Source: Clostridia bacterium
GTDB lineage: Bacteria > Bacillota > DSM-521 > Neomoorellales > SLTJ01
DNA length: 64,000 nucleotides
Assembly: GCA_004347685.1 (NCBI GenBank)
Contig: SLTJ01000037.1
Location: 7,417 to 71,416, forward strand
Direction of reading: 5' to 3'
In this document: positions 12,883 through 22,690 of the stretch, piece by piece
How positions within the stretch are numbered: position 1 is the first letter of the stretch
Layout of the letters: each line of letters begins with the position of its first letter
The notes under the pieces: model-generated
What the model was told of the DNA's origin: nothing
The model's input: only the letters and a program-made list of their open reading frames with translations
Databases searched by the model: none
Made by a program: the position numbers and the translations under genes

Positions 12883-13830
12883 CTATCCCTCCGGCTCCCT
12901 CCCCAGTCCCCGGCCGGTCAGCTTGAGAAATACGTCCTCCAAGGTGGCCGGGCGCAGCAAGTGGTAACGCAGGCCGGGCGCCAGTACGGCCAGCGCGGTC
13001 ATGGCCGCTTCGGGATCATCCAGGTAGAAGAAAAAATTCTCTCCTATTTCCTGGTAATCTCTGGCCAGGGGCGCCAGTTCCCCGACCACGGCCGCCTCCT
13101 CTCCCGGCTGCGCGCCGACCTCCAGCACGTGCCTGCCGGCATGGGCAGCCACCAGTTCCGGCGGGGCTCCCTGGGCCACCACCCGGCCCCGGTCCATGAT
13201 GGCCAACCGGTCGCACAGATAAGCGGCCTCATCCATGTAATGGGTAGTGAGGAGGAGGGTGACCCCTTGCTCCTGCAACTGGCGCAGCCTCTGCCATACC
13301 AACTGCCGCGCCTGGGGGTCGAGACCGGTGGTGGGCTCGTCCAGGATGAGCAGTTCAGGATCGTTCACCAGGGCCCGGGCCAGGGCCAGCCGCCGCTTCA
13401 TGCCGCCAGACAGCTTCTCTACCTGGGCCTGGGCCTTTTCCTCCAGGCCCGCAAACCGTACCAGATCCTCCAATCGCTGTCTGACTTCGGCGGCAGGCCC
13501 GAGGGAAAAATAGCCCGCATACAGGGTCAGATTCTGCCAGACGGTGAGTTCTGCATCCAGGCTGTCTTCCTGGGGGACAACGCCGATCCGGCTCTTAACC
13601 TTGCGGGTAAAACGCGTCACGTCCAGTCCCATCGCCCATATTTTCCCGAAGATGATGGGGGTCAAGCCGTAAAGCATACGCACGGTGGTAGTCTTGCCGG
13701 CACCGTTTGGGCCCAGCAATCCGAAACATTCACCCCGGTAAATGACTAGGTCCAGGCCGTCAACCGCTACCACGTCACCGTAGCGCTTACCCAGGTTTTG
13801 TGTTACAATAATAGGGGTGGAGGTGGCCAT
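12883..13830 (-). CDS. ABC transporter ATP-binding protein (ABC-2 exporter type)
   Basis: Walker A GPNGAGKTT, signature LSGGMKRRL, Walker B LLILDEPT. Confidence 0.9.
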   Translation of the reverse strand: MATSTPIIVTQNLGKRYGDVVAVDGLDLVIYRGECFGLLGPNGAGKTTTVRMLYGLTPIIFGKIWAMGLDVTRFTRKVKSRIGVVPQEDSLDAELTVWQNLTLYAGYFSLGPAAEVRQRLEDLVRFAGLEEKAQAQVEKLSGGMKRRLALARALVNDPELLILDEPTTGLDPQARQLVWQRLRQLQEQGVTLLLTTHYMDEAAYLCDRLAIMDRGRVVAQGAPPELVAAHAGRHVLEVGAQPGEEAAVVGELAPLARDYQEIGENFFFYLDDPEAAMTALAVLAPGLRYHLLRPATLEDVFLKLTGRGLGREPEG

Positions 13831-13900
13831 ACCCGGAACCCTCCTTAACTACATACATAACCTGGTGATTTCTGGACAAGATGATGAAAAGGTGAAGCCA

Positions 13901-14218
13901 ATGACCCCTCAGTTAAAGAAATTTATGGATGCCCAGTTCAATGCCGCCCAACAATTCCTGGCCGGCAAAGGTCAGGAGCTGGTTGGCGAGATAGCCGAAG
14001 TCTTTGCCGGCGAAATTACCGAGGAACTGCACCGGCAAAAGCTTTTCCAGGCCGGCGAAAAAATAGTCCTCCCGGCCCAGCCGGACCTCAAGGAGGTCGT
14101 CGTCAGACAAATAGCCTTCGCCTGGTCCCTGGGCTGCGCCGTAGGAGCCGCCGGGCTACCGCAGGACAAAGAAGTCGGGGTAGCGGAAGCCGCTCCTGTT
14201 TCTCCCGAGGGGTACTAG
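13901..14218 (+). CDS. Hypothetical protein (105 aa)
   Basis: ATG at 13901 after GAAAAGGTGA. No recognisable motif. Confidence 0.35.
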   Translation: MTPQLKKFMDAQFNAAQQFLAGKGQELVGEIAEVFAGEITEELHRQKLFQAGEKIVLPAQPDLKEVVVRQIAFAWSLGCAVGAAGLPQDKEVGVAEAAPVSPEGY

Positions 14219-14223
14219 CCGTA

Positions 14224-16005
14224 ATGTTTTTTCACCGCGCGCATCCCAGGTTCCTTCAGCCGCTGGCCGGTGACCGGGTCCTGGTACGCCTGCGTGCGCC
14301 CCGGCACCCCCACTGGCAGATACGGCTGGTGGCCGGCGGGCCGGCCTGGGAAGAAGCGCCAATGCTCCCCACGGCCCGTACCAGGCATTACGCGTATTAT
14401 CAGGCTGAAGGACACGCTGCCGGGCCCTTTCGCCTGCAATATTATTTCTCCGTGCGGCCGGAGAAGTCTTCTGGAGGGCCTGCTTTTACCATTCTGGCCC
14501 CGGACAACCGGCCATTTGTCTTTACCTGGAGCGAAGAAGACATCTTCTGCCCTCCGTCCTGGGTGCCAGGAGCAGTCTTCTATCAGATATTCCCGGACCG
14601 GTTTTACAACGGCGACCCGGCAAATGATCCTCCCGGCACCCAATTGTGGGGTGGCACCCCGACCCGCACCAACTTTTTCGGCGGCGACCTGGAAGGGATC
14701 CGGCTGAAAATACCTTACCTCCAAAAACTTGGGGTAACGGCCCTCTGGCTGAACCCCATCTTTAAGTCTCCATCCAACCACAAGTATGATACCAGCGACT
14801 ACCTGCAGGTAGACCCCCATTTCGGCGACCTGGATACCTTTCAACGTCTGGTGGCCGAGCTACACGCCAGCGGCATCCGCGTAATCCTGGACGGGGTGTT
14901 CAACCATACCGGCACCAGCTTCTGGGCCTTCCAAGACCTGCTCGCCCGGGGTGAAGCGTCACCATACCGGGACTGGTATTATGTCAACTGCTTTCCGGTA
15001 GAAACAAACCCGCCGAACTATGCCTGCTGGTGGAACTTTGCCGAACTGCCGAAACTGAAGGCCACCAATCCGGAGGTACGGGAGTACCTCATCAAAGTAG
15101 GAACCTACTGGCTGGCAGCCGGCCCTACCGACGGCTGGCGCCTGGATGTCCCCAACGAGATTGAGCCGCCCTTCTGGCGGGAATTCCGGCAGGAAGTCAA
15201 GAAAGTCAACCCCGACGCCTACTTGACCGGCGAAATCTGGCATGACGCCGGCTCTTGGCTGCACGGCAAATATTTTGACGGCGTGATGAATTACATCTTC
15301 CGCGACCTGGTCATTGACTATTTTGCCCGCCGGCGCATCAGCCTCAAAACCCTGGACCTGCTCCTCGGGCGCTACCGGCTGCGCTACCCGGAAGCAGCCA
15401 ATTACTGCCTCCTTAACCTGCTCGGCAGCCACGATACGGCCCGCATCATTACCGTTTTTCAGGAAGGCCTGGCCAACCAGCCCGGACACCGGGGTGACTA
15501 CGCCGAAGCGGTGGAGCACCTACGTCCCGCCCTCATCCTGCAGATGACCTACCCCGGGGCCCCCATGGTCTACTACGGCGACGAGGTGGGAATAACTGGG
15601 GGCCCGGACCCGGACTGCCGCCGGCCCATGGTTTGGAACCCGGCCGAGCAGGACACGAGCCTGCTTGATTTCTATTGCCGGCTCATTCAGGTGCGGCGCC
15701 GCTACCGGGCCCTGCAGGACGGATTATTTCAACCCCTGCTGGTTGACAGCCGGCACGATATTTACGCCTACGCCCGCCGCCGGGAAGAGGCCTCGATGGT
15801 AGTAGTCCTCAACGCTGGTGATCAGGAACAGGCTGTTAGCCTGGCGGCCTGGCCGGCCGGTGCCGTCCCCGGCCAGGTATGGGCCGACCTCCTGGGCGGA
15901 AGCGAGGTCCGGGTTGCAGACGATACCCTGCTGCATTTAACCCACCTGCCGCCCAACTCCGGCGCCATCCTGGTCCCAAGCCACCAGGCCACCTGGTGCC
16001 CGTGA
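14224..16005 (+). CDS. GH13 alpha-amylase family enzyme (neopullulanase/cyclomaltodextrinase-like)
   Basis: GH13 conserved regions DGVFNH, GWRLDVPNE, YLTGEIWH, LLGSHDTAR, plus an N-terminal E-set-like extension. Confidence 0.9.
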   Translation: MFFHRAHPRFLQPLAGDRVLVRLRAPRHPHWQIRLVAGGPAWEEAPMLPTARTRHYAYYQAEGHAAGPFRLQYYFSVRPEKSSGGPAFTILAPDNRPFVFTWSEEDIFCPPSWVPGAVFYQIFPDRFYNGDPANDPPGTQLWGGTPTRTNFFGGDLEGIRLKIPYLQKLGVTALWLNPIFKSPSNHKYDTSDYLQVDPHFGDLDTFQRLVAELHASGIRVILDGVFNHTGTSFWAFQDLLARGEASPYRDWYYVNCFPVETNPPNYACWWNFAELPKLKATNPEVREYLIKVGTYWLAAGPTDGWRLDVPNEIEPPFWREFRQEVKKVNPDAYLTGEIWHDAGSWLHGKYFDGVMNYIFRDLVIDYFARRRISLKTLDLLLGRYRLRYPEAANYCLLNLLGSHDTARIITVFQEGLANQPGHRGDYAEAVEHLRPALILQMTYPGAPMVYYGDEVGITGGPDPDCRRPMVWNPAEQDTSLLDFYCRLIQVRRRYRALQDGLFQPLLVDSRHDIYAYARRREEASMVVVLNAGDQEQAVSLAAWPAGAVPGQVWADLLGGSEVRVADDTLLHLTHLPPNSGAILVPSHQATWCP

Positions 16006-16053
16006 CGCACAGCCGTTACCTAAGCCATGATGCCCACCGCTATCTCCCCTCAA

Positions 16054-16737
16054 CTACCGTGCGGCTGACCCCTTGTTAGTTGCATTCCCGGGCCCGGCCA
16101 CCGCCCCCGGGTGTGAATCGCTGACCAGCTTCCTCACTTCGGCCTGGGCTTCCGGAGGGCCAATGATCACTAGAATGTCGCCCGGCAATATCTGAGTTTC
16201 GGCCGGCGGGGAAAAATACTCCTCACCATTGCGGCGAATGGCCAGGACGGTGGCCCCGGTGGAAGCCCGGAAAGCAGCCGTAGCCAGGGTCTGGCCTACC
16301 AGCGCGGAGTTTGCCGGCACCTTGACCTCTTGCACCTTCTGCAACCTGGTGGCCATTTTCATGGTGTATTCCAGCAATTCCTTCTGCAATCCCTCAATCT
16401 GCCCATCCAGCCTGTTCCTCTGCTGCAAAAGCTCGGAAAGCTTTTTCTGCATTTCTTGCAGCACCTGGCGCTGTCCCAGTTCGGCCAGGTAACTTTCGGC
16501 CGCTTCCCGGGAACGGATGATCACCCCAGTACCCGGCAGCACCGCCACGATACCCATTTCCTGCAGCAATGACAGGGCCCGGCGGATGGTTTCCGGAGAG
16601 ACATTGTAGCGCCCGGCCAGGGACGAACGGCCGAAAACCTTCTGCCCCTCCCGCAATTCGTCCAGGGCTATCCGCCGGCAGATATCACCGGCAATTTCTA
16701 CGTACCTCGACGTCCAGAGAGTTCCCTCGGAGCGCAT
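16054..16737 (-). CDS. GntR-family transcriptional regulator with a C-terminal TrkA-C domain
   Basis: wHTH LAGRYNVSPETIRRALSLLQEMGIV, a coiled-coil linker, and a TrkA_C-like end (LVGQTLA...ILPGDILVIIG). Confidence 0.8.
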   Translation of the reverse strand: MRSEGTLWTSRYVEIAGDICRRIALDELREGQKVFGRSSLAGRYNVSPETIRRALSLLQEMGIVAVLPGTGVIIRSREAAESYLAELGQRQVLQEMQKKLSELLQQRNRLDGQIEGLQKELLEYTMKMATRLQKVQEVKVPANSALVGQTLATAAFRASTGATVLAIRRNGEEYFSPPAETQILPGDILVIIGPPEAQAEVRKLVSDSHPGAVAGPGNATNKGSAAR

Positions 16738-17602
16738 CGGCCCCTTTACCTCCTTCTACATCGCCCATTCCTAGGCGGACAAAGGCCCAGGGGAGAACAA
16801 AGAAACCAATAAAAGCCACGGAAAAATACCGCACCAGCGTAAACCACTCCCAGGCCAGCGCCAGGCTCTTGCTCACCAGATACCAGACCGCCAGGACCAG
16901 GAAACCCAGACCGCCCTTCAGTACCTGCTGCCACCAGCGGGAGCGGCTGTGCTGGCCAGGAAGCCTCCCGGCCAGCTCATACCCCAGATTCATGCCGGCC
17001 AGAGCCCCGCTTAACTGCCAGGCCAGATGGGAGCGGTAAAAAAGGAGGGGCCATAGGGCCGAACCCACAAGCAGGATAACGCGCCAGAACTCCCCCCAGG
17101 GCCAGCGCCACCGCGCCAACCACCCCTCGGCCCACTTAAAAACAGCCAGGACCGCCAGGCCAATGGCCGCCCCTCCGGCCACATCGGCAGGGAAATGCAG
17201 CCCCAGGTACAGGCGGGAGAGGGAAACTAGAAAAACCAGCCCCGCCAGGGCCAGAGCCAGGGGCCAGCGAAAATGCCGGGTGGCCACGTAGCCCCAGAAG
17301 GAAGCGCTGCTCTGGGCATGTCCGCTGGGAAAGCCATAGCCGGTACCGGACTCGGCATAGACCACCCGGACCAATGCCGGGTCGGGCCGGGGCATGGCCA
17401 GGGTATCCTTCAAGAAACCATTGAGGTACATGGTACTGCAGAAAAGGACCCCCAGCGAGTAACCGAGCCTGGCATCCACGAACCAGTAGATTGCCGGGAT
17501 AACCAGGAGATAAAACTCCTCGGTGCCCAGCCAGCTAAGGGCAACAAAGAAGTAATCAAGCGGCGGGCTGGCAAACTGCTGCAGCCACAGTATCAGTTCC
17601 AC
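16685..17602 (-). CDS. PAP2-family membrane phosphatase
   Basis: PAP2 motifs KDxxxxPRP-like KDTLAMPRP, PSGHA, SRLYLGLHFPADV. Confidence 0.8.
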   Translation of the reverse strand: MELILWLQQFASPPLDYFFVALSWLGTEEFYLLVIPAIYWFVDARLGYSLGVLFCSTMYLNGFLKDTLAMPRPDPALVRVVYAESGTGYGFPSGHAQSSASFWGYVATRHFRWPLALALAGLVFLVSLSRLYLGLHFPADVAGGAAIGLAVLAVFKWAEGWLARWRWPWGEFWRVILLVGSALWPLLFYRSHLAWQLSGALAGMNLGYELAGRLPGQHSRSRWWQQVLKGGLGFLVLAVWYLVSKSLALAWEWFTLVRYFSVAFIGFFVLPWAFVRLGMGDVEGGKGADALRGNSLDVEVRRNCR

Positions 17603-17745
17603 TCACGTCCCACCCCGAAAAAGAGACTGCCAATGCTGTCGTCACCCGTGGGTATCAACGCCAGCCTTGGCATTCGCTCGCGCCAGATGCCGGTCAGACC
17701 AGCCTTCGCCCCGGAAAAGCCATACCTCCGCCCTTGAGTTTAACG

Positions 17746-18138
17746 CTAAATCCCCCGGCGGTCAAGATAAGCCGCGACCTCTATCTCTACCCGTACCCCC
17801 CGGGGCAAGGCGCTTACCCCGACACAGGCCCGGGCCGGCGGCGGGTCCGCCAGGTAACGGCCGTATACTTCATTGACGGCGCCGAAATCCGCCATGTCGA
17901 GCAGATAAATGGTAGTTTTGACCACGTCACCCCAGGCAGCTCCGGCCTGGCGGAGAATGGCAGTAATATTCTCCATAACCCTGGCGGCCTGTTCGGCCGC
18001 GTCTCTACCCGTCACCTGGCCCGTAGCCGGGTCCAGGGGTATCTGCCCGGAAACAAAGATGAAATTTCCGGCCCGGACAGCCTGAGAATAAGGGCCGATG
18101 GCCGCCGGGGCGTCAGAGCAAACTATCCGTTCTGGCAA
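17746..18138 (-). CDS. ridA: RidA/YjgF family reactive-intermediate deaminase
   Basis: APAAIGPYSQAV...FVSGQIPLDP...ARACVGVSALPRGVRVEIE. TTG start at 18138 after a GGGGGG RBS is inferred. Confidence 0.85.
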   Translation of the reverse strand: MPERIVCSDAPAAIGPYSQAVRAGNFIFVSGQIPLDPATGQVTGRDAAEQAARVMENITAILRQAGAAWGDVVKTTIYLLDMADFGAVNEVYGRYLADPPPARACVGVSALPRGVRVEIEVAAYLDRRGI

Positions 18139-18302
18139 AATTAGCCCCCCTATTCTGCGCACATTGTTTTCCCGGCGCGCCAGCCCGGCCGGCGGCATGC
18201 GGGTCAGGCGCAAAGCGGCCGGTTGTATCTGACATCACAGTTCTGCTAGCTGCACTGTGTTATAATGGTGCAGGAAGGTAAGACAGGAAAAGGAGGTAGA
18301 CT

Positions 18303-19325
18303 ATGACCTTAACCGGCAATTGCCAGACCACAGCCATGGGGATACTCCCCCATACCTCGCTGGAGGAAGCATGGCAAATAGCCTTATCAGTGGACATTCC
18401 TTTCTGGCCCCAGTTACCCAGGCTCAGCTTCTGGGAAGACATGTACGTGCAGGCCTCGGAAAACTTCCCCGGCATCACCCCTCACCCCCCGGAGGGGCTC
18501 ACCTTTGACATAGACCTGTTCTACCAGCAACTGGAAACTTACATCCAGAACTGGGAAAACCCCGACTACTTCCGCATCTCCCCGGTCTATTCCCAGGTCT
18601 ACCATGAGTTCCTCAAGATGGATCTCAGCCGTTACCCGGCCGTACGCGGCCAGAGCATCGGCCCGGTCAGCTTTGGGCTGAAGATCGCCGATACCACCAA
18701 AGCCCCCATTATCTACCACGACGGGGTGCGGGAGATACTCTTTGACTTCTTCGCTCGGAAAATCCAGGTGCAGTACGCCGACCTCCGGGAGAAAAACAAG
18801 CAGGCCTTTGTCTGGATTGATGAGCCAGGCCTGGAACTGATTTTCATGGCCTTCACCGGCTACCCCAGCGAGCGCGCTCTAGGCGACTACCGCCAGTTCC
18901 TGGCCCAACTTCCCGCGCCCAAGGGGGTACACCTATGTGCCAATCCCGACTGGGCCTTCCTGCTCAACCTGGATCTGGACATCCTCTCGGTAGACGCCCT
19001 GCAGTGGGGCCGTATTTTTACCCGCTACACCGACCTGGTAAAGGATTTCCTGACCCGGGGCGGGATAGTCTCCTGGGGGATCACCCCTACCCTCACCGAG
19101 GAAATGGCCGGCTACGATATCGAAGCGCTGGTGGCCAGGCTGGAGGAACTGTGGGACTACCTGGACGCCAACGGCTTTCCCAAGGAGCAGATAGCCCGCC
19201 AGGCGTGGCTGGCCCCGGCCCGCTGTTGCCTGATAAACGCCGATGGCGGCCGGACGGTGGCCAAATCCTTTGCCTGGCTCCACGAAGTCTCCCGGCGGCT
19301 GCGGGAAAAATATCACCTGGAGTAA
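18303..19325 (+). CDS. Hypothetical TIM-barrel protein (MetE C-terminal / URO-D-like fold suspected)
   Basis: 340-aa ORF with an AAGGAGG RBS. The family assignment is only a loose impression from the sequence. Confidence 0.5.
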   Translation: MTLTGNCQTTAMGILPHTSLEEAWQIALSVDIPFWPQLPRLSFWEDMYVQASENFPGITPHPPEGLTFDIDLFYQQLETYIQNWENPDYFRISPVYSQVYHEFLKMDLSRYPAVRGQSIGPVSFGLKIADTTKAPIIYHDGVREILFDFFARKIQVQYADLREKNKQAFVWIDEPGLELIFMAFTGYPSERALGDYRQFLAQLPAPKGVHLCANPDWAFLLNLDLDILSVDALQWGRIFTRYTDLVKDFLTRGGIVSWGITPTLTEEMAGYDIEALVARLEELWDYLDANGFPKEQIARQAWLAPARCCLINADGGRTVAKSFAWLHEVSRRLREKYHLE

Positions 19326-19329
19326 GCCG

Positions 19330-20019
19330 CTAGGCCATTTCCGCCCACTCCTCCAAAGCCTCCATATCGGTGACGCAGATGTAGCGCTGATCCGTATCCA
19401 GGCAGCCGCTCTTCTTGAACTGGCTCAGGGCCCTGGCCACCGTCTCCCGGGAAGCCCCGACCAGGTTGGCCAGCTCCTGCTGGCTCAGAGCCAGTTCAAT
19501 CCTCACCCCCCGGTCGGTTGAGCGCCCGTACTCCGCCGCCAGGTCCTTGAGCACGGCTGCCAGGCGGCTGTGTACGTCACGATAGGCCAGGTCGCGCACC
19601 TGGATGAAAGCTTGGCGCAGCCTGCGGCTCATTATCCCGAGCATCCGCCAGGCCAATTGCGGGTTGGCCGCCAGGATGCGCCGCATTTCAGCGTTATTGA
19701 TCACCGCTATCTCGCTGTTTTCCAGGGCGGCGGCGCTGGCCGGGAAATTGCCCTCGTCAAAGAGGAGAATCTCAGCAAAAACATCCCCTGGATTGACGAA
19801 ATGAAGGATCTTTTCCCGCCCGTCTTCCATCAATTTATAAATCTTGACCTTGCCGGAATGGAGAAAATACACCCCGTCACCGGGTTCGCCCTCGACAAAA
19901 ATGATGGCGCCTTTCTTAACCCGCCGTACCCGCACCCCGTGACCCAGTTCATTGAGTTCAGCCTCTTCCAGATCGGCAAAAATAGGAATCATGCGCAGCC
20001 AGGGCTCGGTCCTTTCCAC
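19330..20019 (-). CDS. Crp/Fnr family transcriptional regulator
   Basis: N-terminal cNMP-binding fold and C-terminal HTH (SQQELANLVGASRETVARALSQFKKSG). Confidence 0.85.
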   Translation of the reverse strand: MERTEPWLRMIPIFADLEEAELNELGHGVRVRRVKKGAIIFVEGEPGDGVYFLHSGKVKIYKLMEDGREKILHFVNPGDVFAEILLFDEGNFPASAAALENSEIAVINNAEMRRILAANPQLAWRMLGIMSRRLRQAFIQVRDLAYRDVHSRLAAVLKDLAAEYGRSTDRGVRIELALSQQELANLVGASRETVARALSQFKKSGCLDTDQRYICVTDMEALEEWAEMA

Positions 20020-20204
20020 CTATCCACCCTCCCTCCTGTATCATATCATCCCGGGCGGGAGCGGACAAGTCACCGGCAGGCCGATGACAAAAAATATTTC
20101 GGAACCGTCCAGGAAAAAAATACCCGAAAATATAGCCAGGAAACCACGATCCCGCCGCGAACTACTATAGTGAAGGCTCTAAATACATTGAGGAGGCTTG
20201 CGAG

Positions 20205-20750
20205 ATGTCCCTGTCCGGAGAAAAGGGAAGGTACCGTAAACAAGAGCTTAAGAGCATGGCCATGGACTGGCTGGCCCGGCGCGGGGTGAGTGTGGCCGAT
20301 ATGGCGGCGCTGGTTTATGAAATCCAAAAGGAGTACATACCGGGCCTGTCCCTGGATGGCTGCCGGGAAAGCGTCGAACGGGTTTTGGAAAAGCGCGAGG
20401 TACAAAACGCGGTCTTCACTGGACTCACGCTGGACACCCTGGCCGAACAAAGGCTTGTCTCTGAGCCCCTGCTGGATATGTTACAGCGGGACGACGGCCT
20501 ATATGGCATTGACGAAATCCTGGCCCTGAGCGTGGTAAACATTTACGGTTCCATCGGCCTGACCAACTTCGGCTATTTAGACAAGGTAAAGATGGGCATC
20601 ATCGGCGTGGTCAACCAGCATAAAGGCCCCCAGGTCAACACTTTTCTCGACGACATCGTGGCGGCCATCGCCGCGGCTGCCGCGGCCCGCATGGCGCACC
20701 GGGCCAGGGATATGGAAGAGGAAAAGGAGCAGCAGCTCCCGCCCGCCTGA
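20205..20750 (+). CDS. Phosphatidylglycerophosphatase A-like protein (YutG family)
   Basis: Strong resemblance to B. subtilis YutG (KREVQNA..TG..LD.LAEQ...GLYGIDEILALSVVNIYGSIGLTNFGYLDK). GAGGAGG RBS. Confidence 0.8.
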   Translation: MSLSGEKGRYRKQELKSMAMDWLARRGVSVADMAALVYEIQKEYIPGLSLDGCRESVERVLEKREVQNAVFTGLTLDTLAEQRLVSEPLLDMLQRDDGLYGIDEILALSVVNIYGSIGLTNFGYLDKVKMGIIGVVNQHKGPQVNTFLDDIVAAIAAAAAARMAHRARDMEEEKEQQLPPA

Positions 20751-20858
20751 TTGCCTCCTTCGAAACTGGCCGCCGTACTACCAGAATCACCCAGCAGGAA
20801 AGGCGCAAAGCCTGGCGAATAATCCGGCAAGCAAGCATTCCAAACTCGAAGGGGAATC

Positions 20859-21572
20859 TTGATGCCAGAAGTTGGCGTAATCATCCCGGCCTACAACGAA
20901 GGACCGCGCCTTGGCAAAGTGCTGGAGGTAGTTACCGGTTGCCCCCGGGTAAGCCAGACCGTGGTGGTAGACGACGGCTCTACTGATAACACCGCGGCCG
21001 TGGCTGGCGGCTACCCGGTAGCCCTAGTACGACATGGGGTCAACCGCGGCAAAGGGGCCGCCTTCCAATCCGGACTGCCCCAGGTAAGAGAGATGGATAT
21101 CGTCCTGTTCCTAGATGCCGACCTGGTAAACCTCCGGCCGGACCACTTGGATAGCCTGGTCGCCCCGCTGCGTGACTGCCGGAGAGCGCAAATGAGCATC
21201 GGCACCTTTAAGAAAGGCCGGTGGGAGGTGGACCTGCAGCAACGCTTCTTCAGCGTCCTCAATGGCCAGCGGGCCCTTTCCCGCGCCCTGGTGGAGAATC
21301 TGCCCGACCTCTCCTGGTCGCGCTTCGGCGTGGAAGTTCTTCTCAGCCGGTTCGCCGCCCACATCCGGGCCGAGATAAACGAGGTTCTCCTCTACGGCCT
21401 CACCCACACCCTCAAGGAAGAAAAATTCGGCCTGGCGCGCGGCTTCCAGGCCCGGGTAAAGATGTATTACGAGGCCCTGCGGGCCGCGGTGATATGGAAA
21501 CAGATGCTGGAGCGGGGGGAAAATTCTTCCCGCGAAGAGCCGGAAAAAACCGCAGGCGAAGAAGTGTCTTGA
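20859..21572 (+). CDS. Family 2 glycosyltransferase
   Basis: VIIPAYNEG...VVVDDGSTDNT...LDADL motifs. Confidence 0.8.
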   Translation: MMPEVGVIIPAYNEGPRLGKVLEVVTGCPRVSQTVVVDDGSTDNTAAVAGGYPVALVRHGVNRGKGAAFQSGLPQVREMDIVLFLDADLVNLRPDHLDSLVAPLRDCRRAQMSIGTFKKGRWEVDLQQRFFSVLNGQRALSRALVENLPDLSWSRFGVEVLLSRFAAHIRAEINEVLLYGLTHTLKEEKFGLARGFQARVKMYYEALRAAVIWKQMLERGENSSREEPEKTAGEEVS

Positions 21573-21702
21573 ATTACAGGATCGCCCCGCTCCGCTTGAT
21601 CCGTGTGCTCCGAGACTGAATGCGGGCCTCCTGTCCCGCCCCGTTTACACTCCTGCTGCTCTGGCCACAGGCGACAGGGCGCCCCGCGGCGACGCTGGCC
21701 GC

Positions 21703-22488
21703 TCAGATGCCCGCCGGCGGGCTAAATTCAGGCACCGGCGGCAGCCGCCGCTTGTGGGCGCTGGCCCGGCGCATTGCTTCCACCTTTTCCCTGACCGCGG
21801 GACCAGCCTCGCCCGTCAGCAGGTAGCGATCCAGGTCGGCGTAGGTCAATCCCATCTCGCCCTCGTCCGTCTGGCTCTCCCACAGCCCGGCGCTGGGGGG
21901 CTTGGTAATTATTTCCTGGGGGATCCCCAGATAAGCGGCCAGTTGCCTTACCTGGCCCTTAACCAGGTTACCCAGGGGGAGAATATCCACCCCGCCGTCT
22001 CCGTACTTGGTGAAATAACCTACCTCCAGTTCGCTCCTGTTCCCCGTCCCCGCCACCAGGTAGTTCAACTGGTTGGCGAAAAAATACAGGGTAAGCATGC
22101 GCAGCCGCGGCTTCAAGTTGGCCCGGGCCAGATCCCTGACGCTCTCCACCTGACCAGACACCTGGCCCAGGAAGGCATCATAAACCGGGCCCAAGTCCAC
22201 CTGGCGGCAGGGGATGCCCACTGTTTCCGCCACCCGGCGCGCGTCCGCGGCATCGGCCGGACGGCTGTGACAGGGCATGACCAGGGCCAGGCAGTTGTCG
22301 CCGCAGGCCCGCCGGGCCAGGACCGCCACCACGGCCGAATCAATGCCCCCGCTCAGCCCCACCACCAGGCCCCCGGCCCCGCCTTCGGCAACCTGGCCTT
22401 GCAGCCACTGCACCAGCCGCTCCGCCATTTCGCTTGCTTGCACGTCCTCAGCCTCCTCGTTGTACCAAACTTCTCTGTATACAAGCAT
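21703..22488 (-). CDS. nadE: Ammonia-dependent NAD+ synthetase
   Basis: PP-loop GLSGGIDSAVVA and NadE-like length. The start could be the internal Met 21. Confidence 0.85.
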   Translation of the reverse strand: MLVYREVWYNEEAEDVQASEMAERLVQWLQGQVAEGGAGGLVVGLSGGIDSAVVAVLARRACGDNCLALVMPCHSRPADAADARRVAETVGIPCRQVDLGPVYDAFLGQVSGQVESVRDLARANLKPRLRMLTLYFFANQLNYLVAGTGNRSELEVGYFTKYGDGGVDILPLGNLVKGQVRQLAAYLGIPQEIITKPPSAGLWESQTDEGEMGLTYADLDRYLLTGEAGPAVREKVEAMRRASAHKRRLPPVPEFSPPAGI

Positions 22489-22618
22489 AGCAAATAAGCC
22501 CTAACGTGGCAACTCTATAAACAGAGGCTCTCGAGCACGCGTTACTGGGACCACCTGGGCAGGGTCAAGCCGCCCGTGCATTACCGCCAAAGGTATGCAA
22601 AATGGGCAGGCGCAAACA

Positions 22619-22671
22619 GAGGTTAGGATTCTGGAACTGGCGCAAGCCAGTTCCTACAAGCGTCTAACCTC
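22619..22671 (-). terminator. Long hairpin downstream of glnA-1 (possible terminator, weak U-tract)
   Basis: Minus strand GAGGUUAG..GGAACUGGC-UUGC-GCCAGUUCC..CUAACCUC followed by UGUUUG. Confidence 0.4.
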
Positions 22672-22690
22672 CAACCTCCAACCCCCAACC

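Noticed and set aside
22595-22690. CRISPR-like or tandem repeat array (CCAACCT units)
   Set aside because: Only 3-4 imperfect 6-7-nt units with no spacers. This is not a CRISPR array. It is kept only as a low-interest 3' UTR motif.
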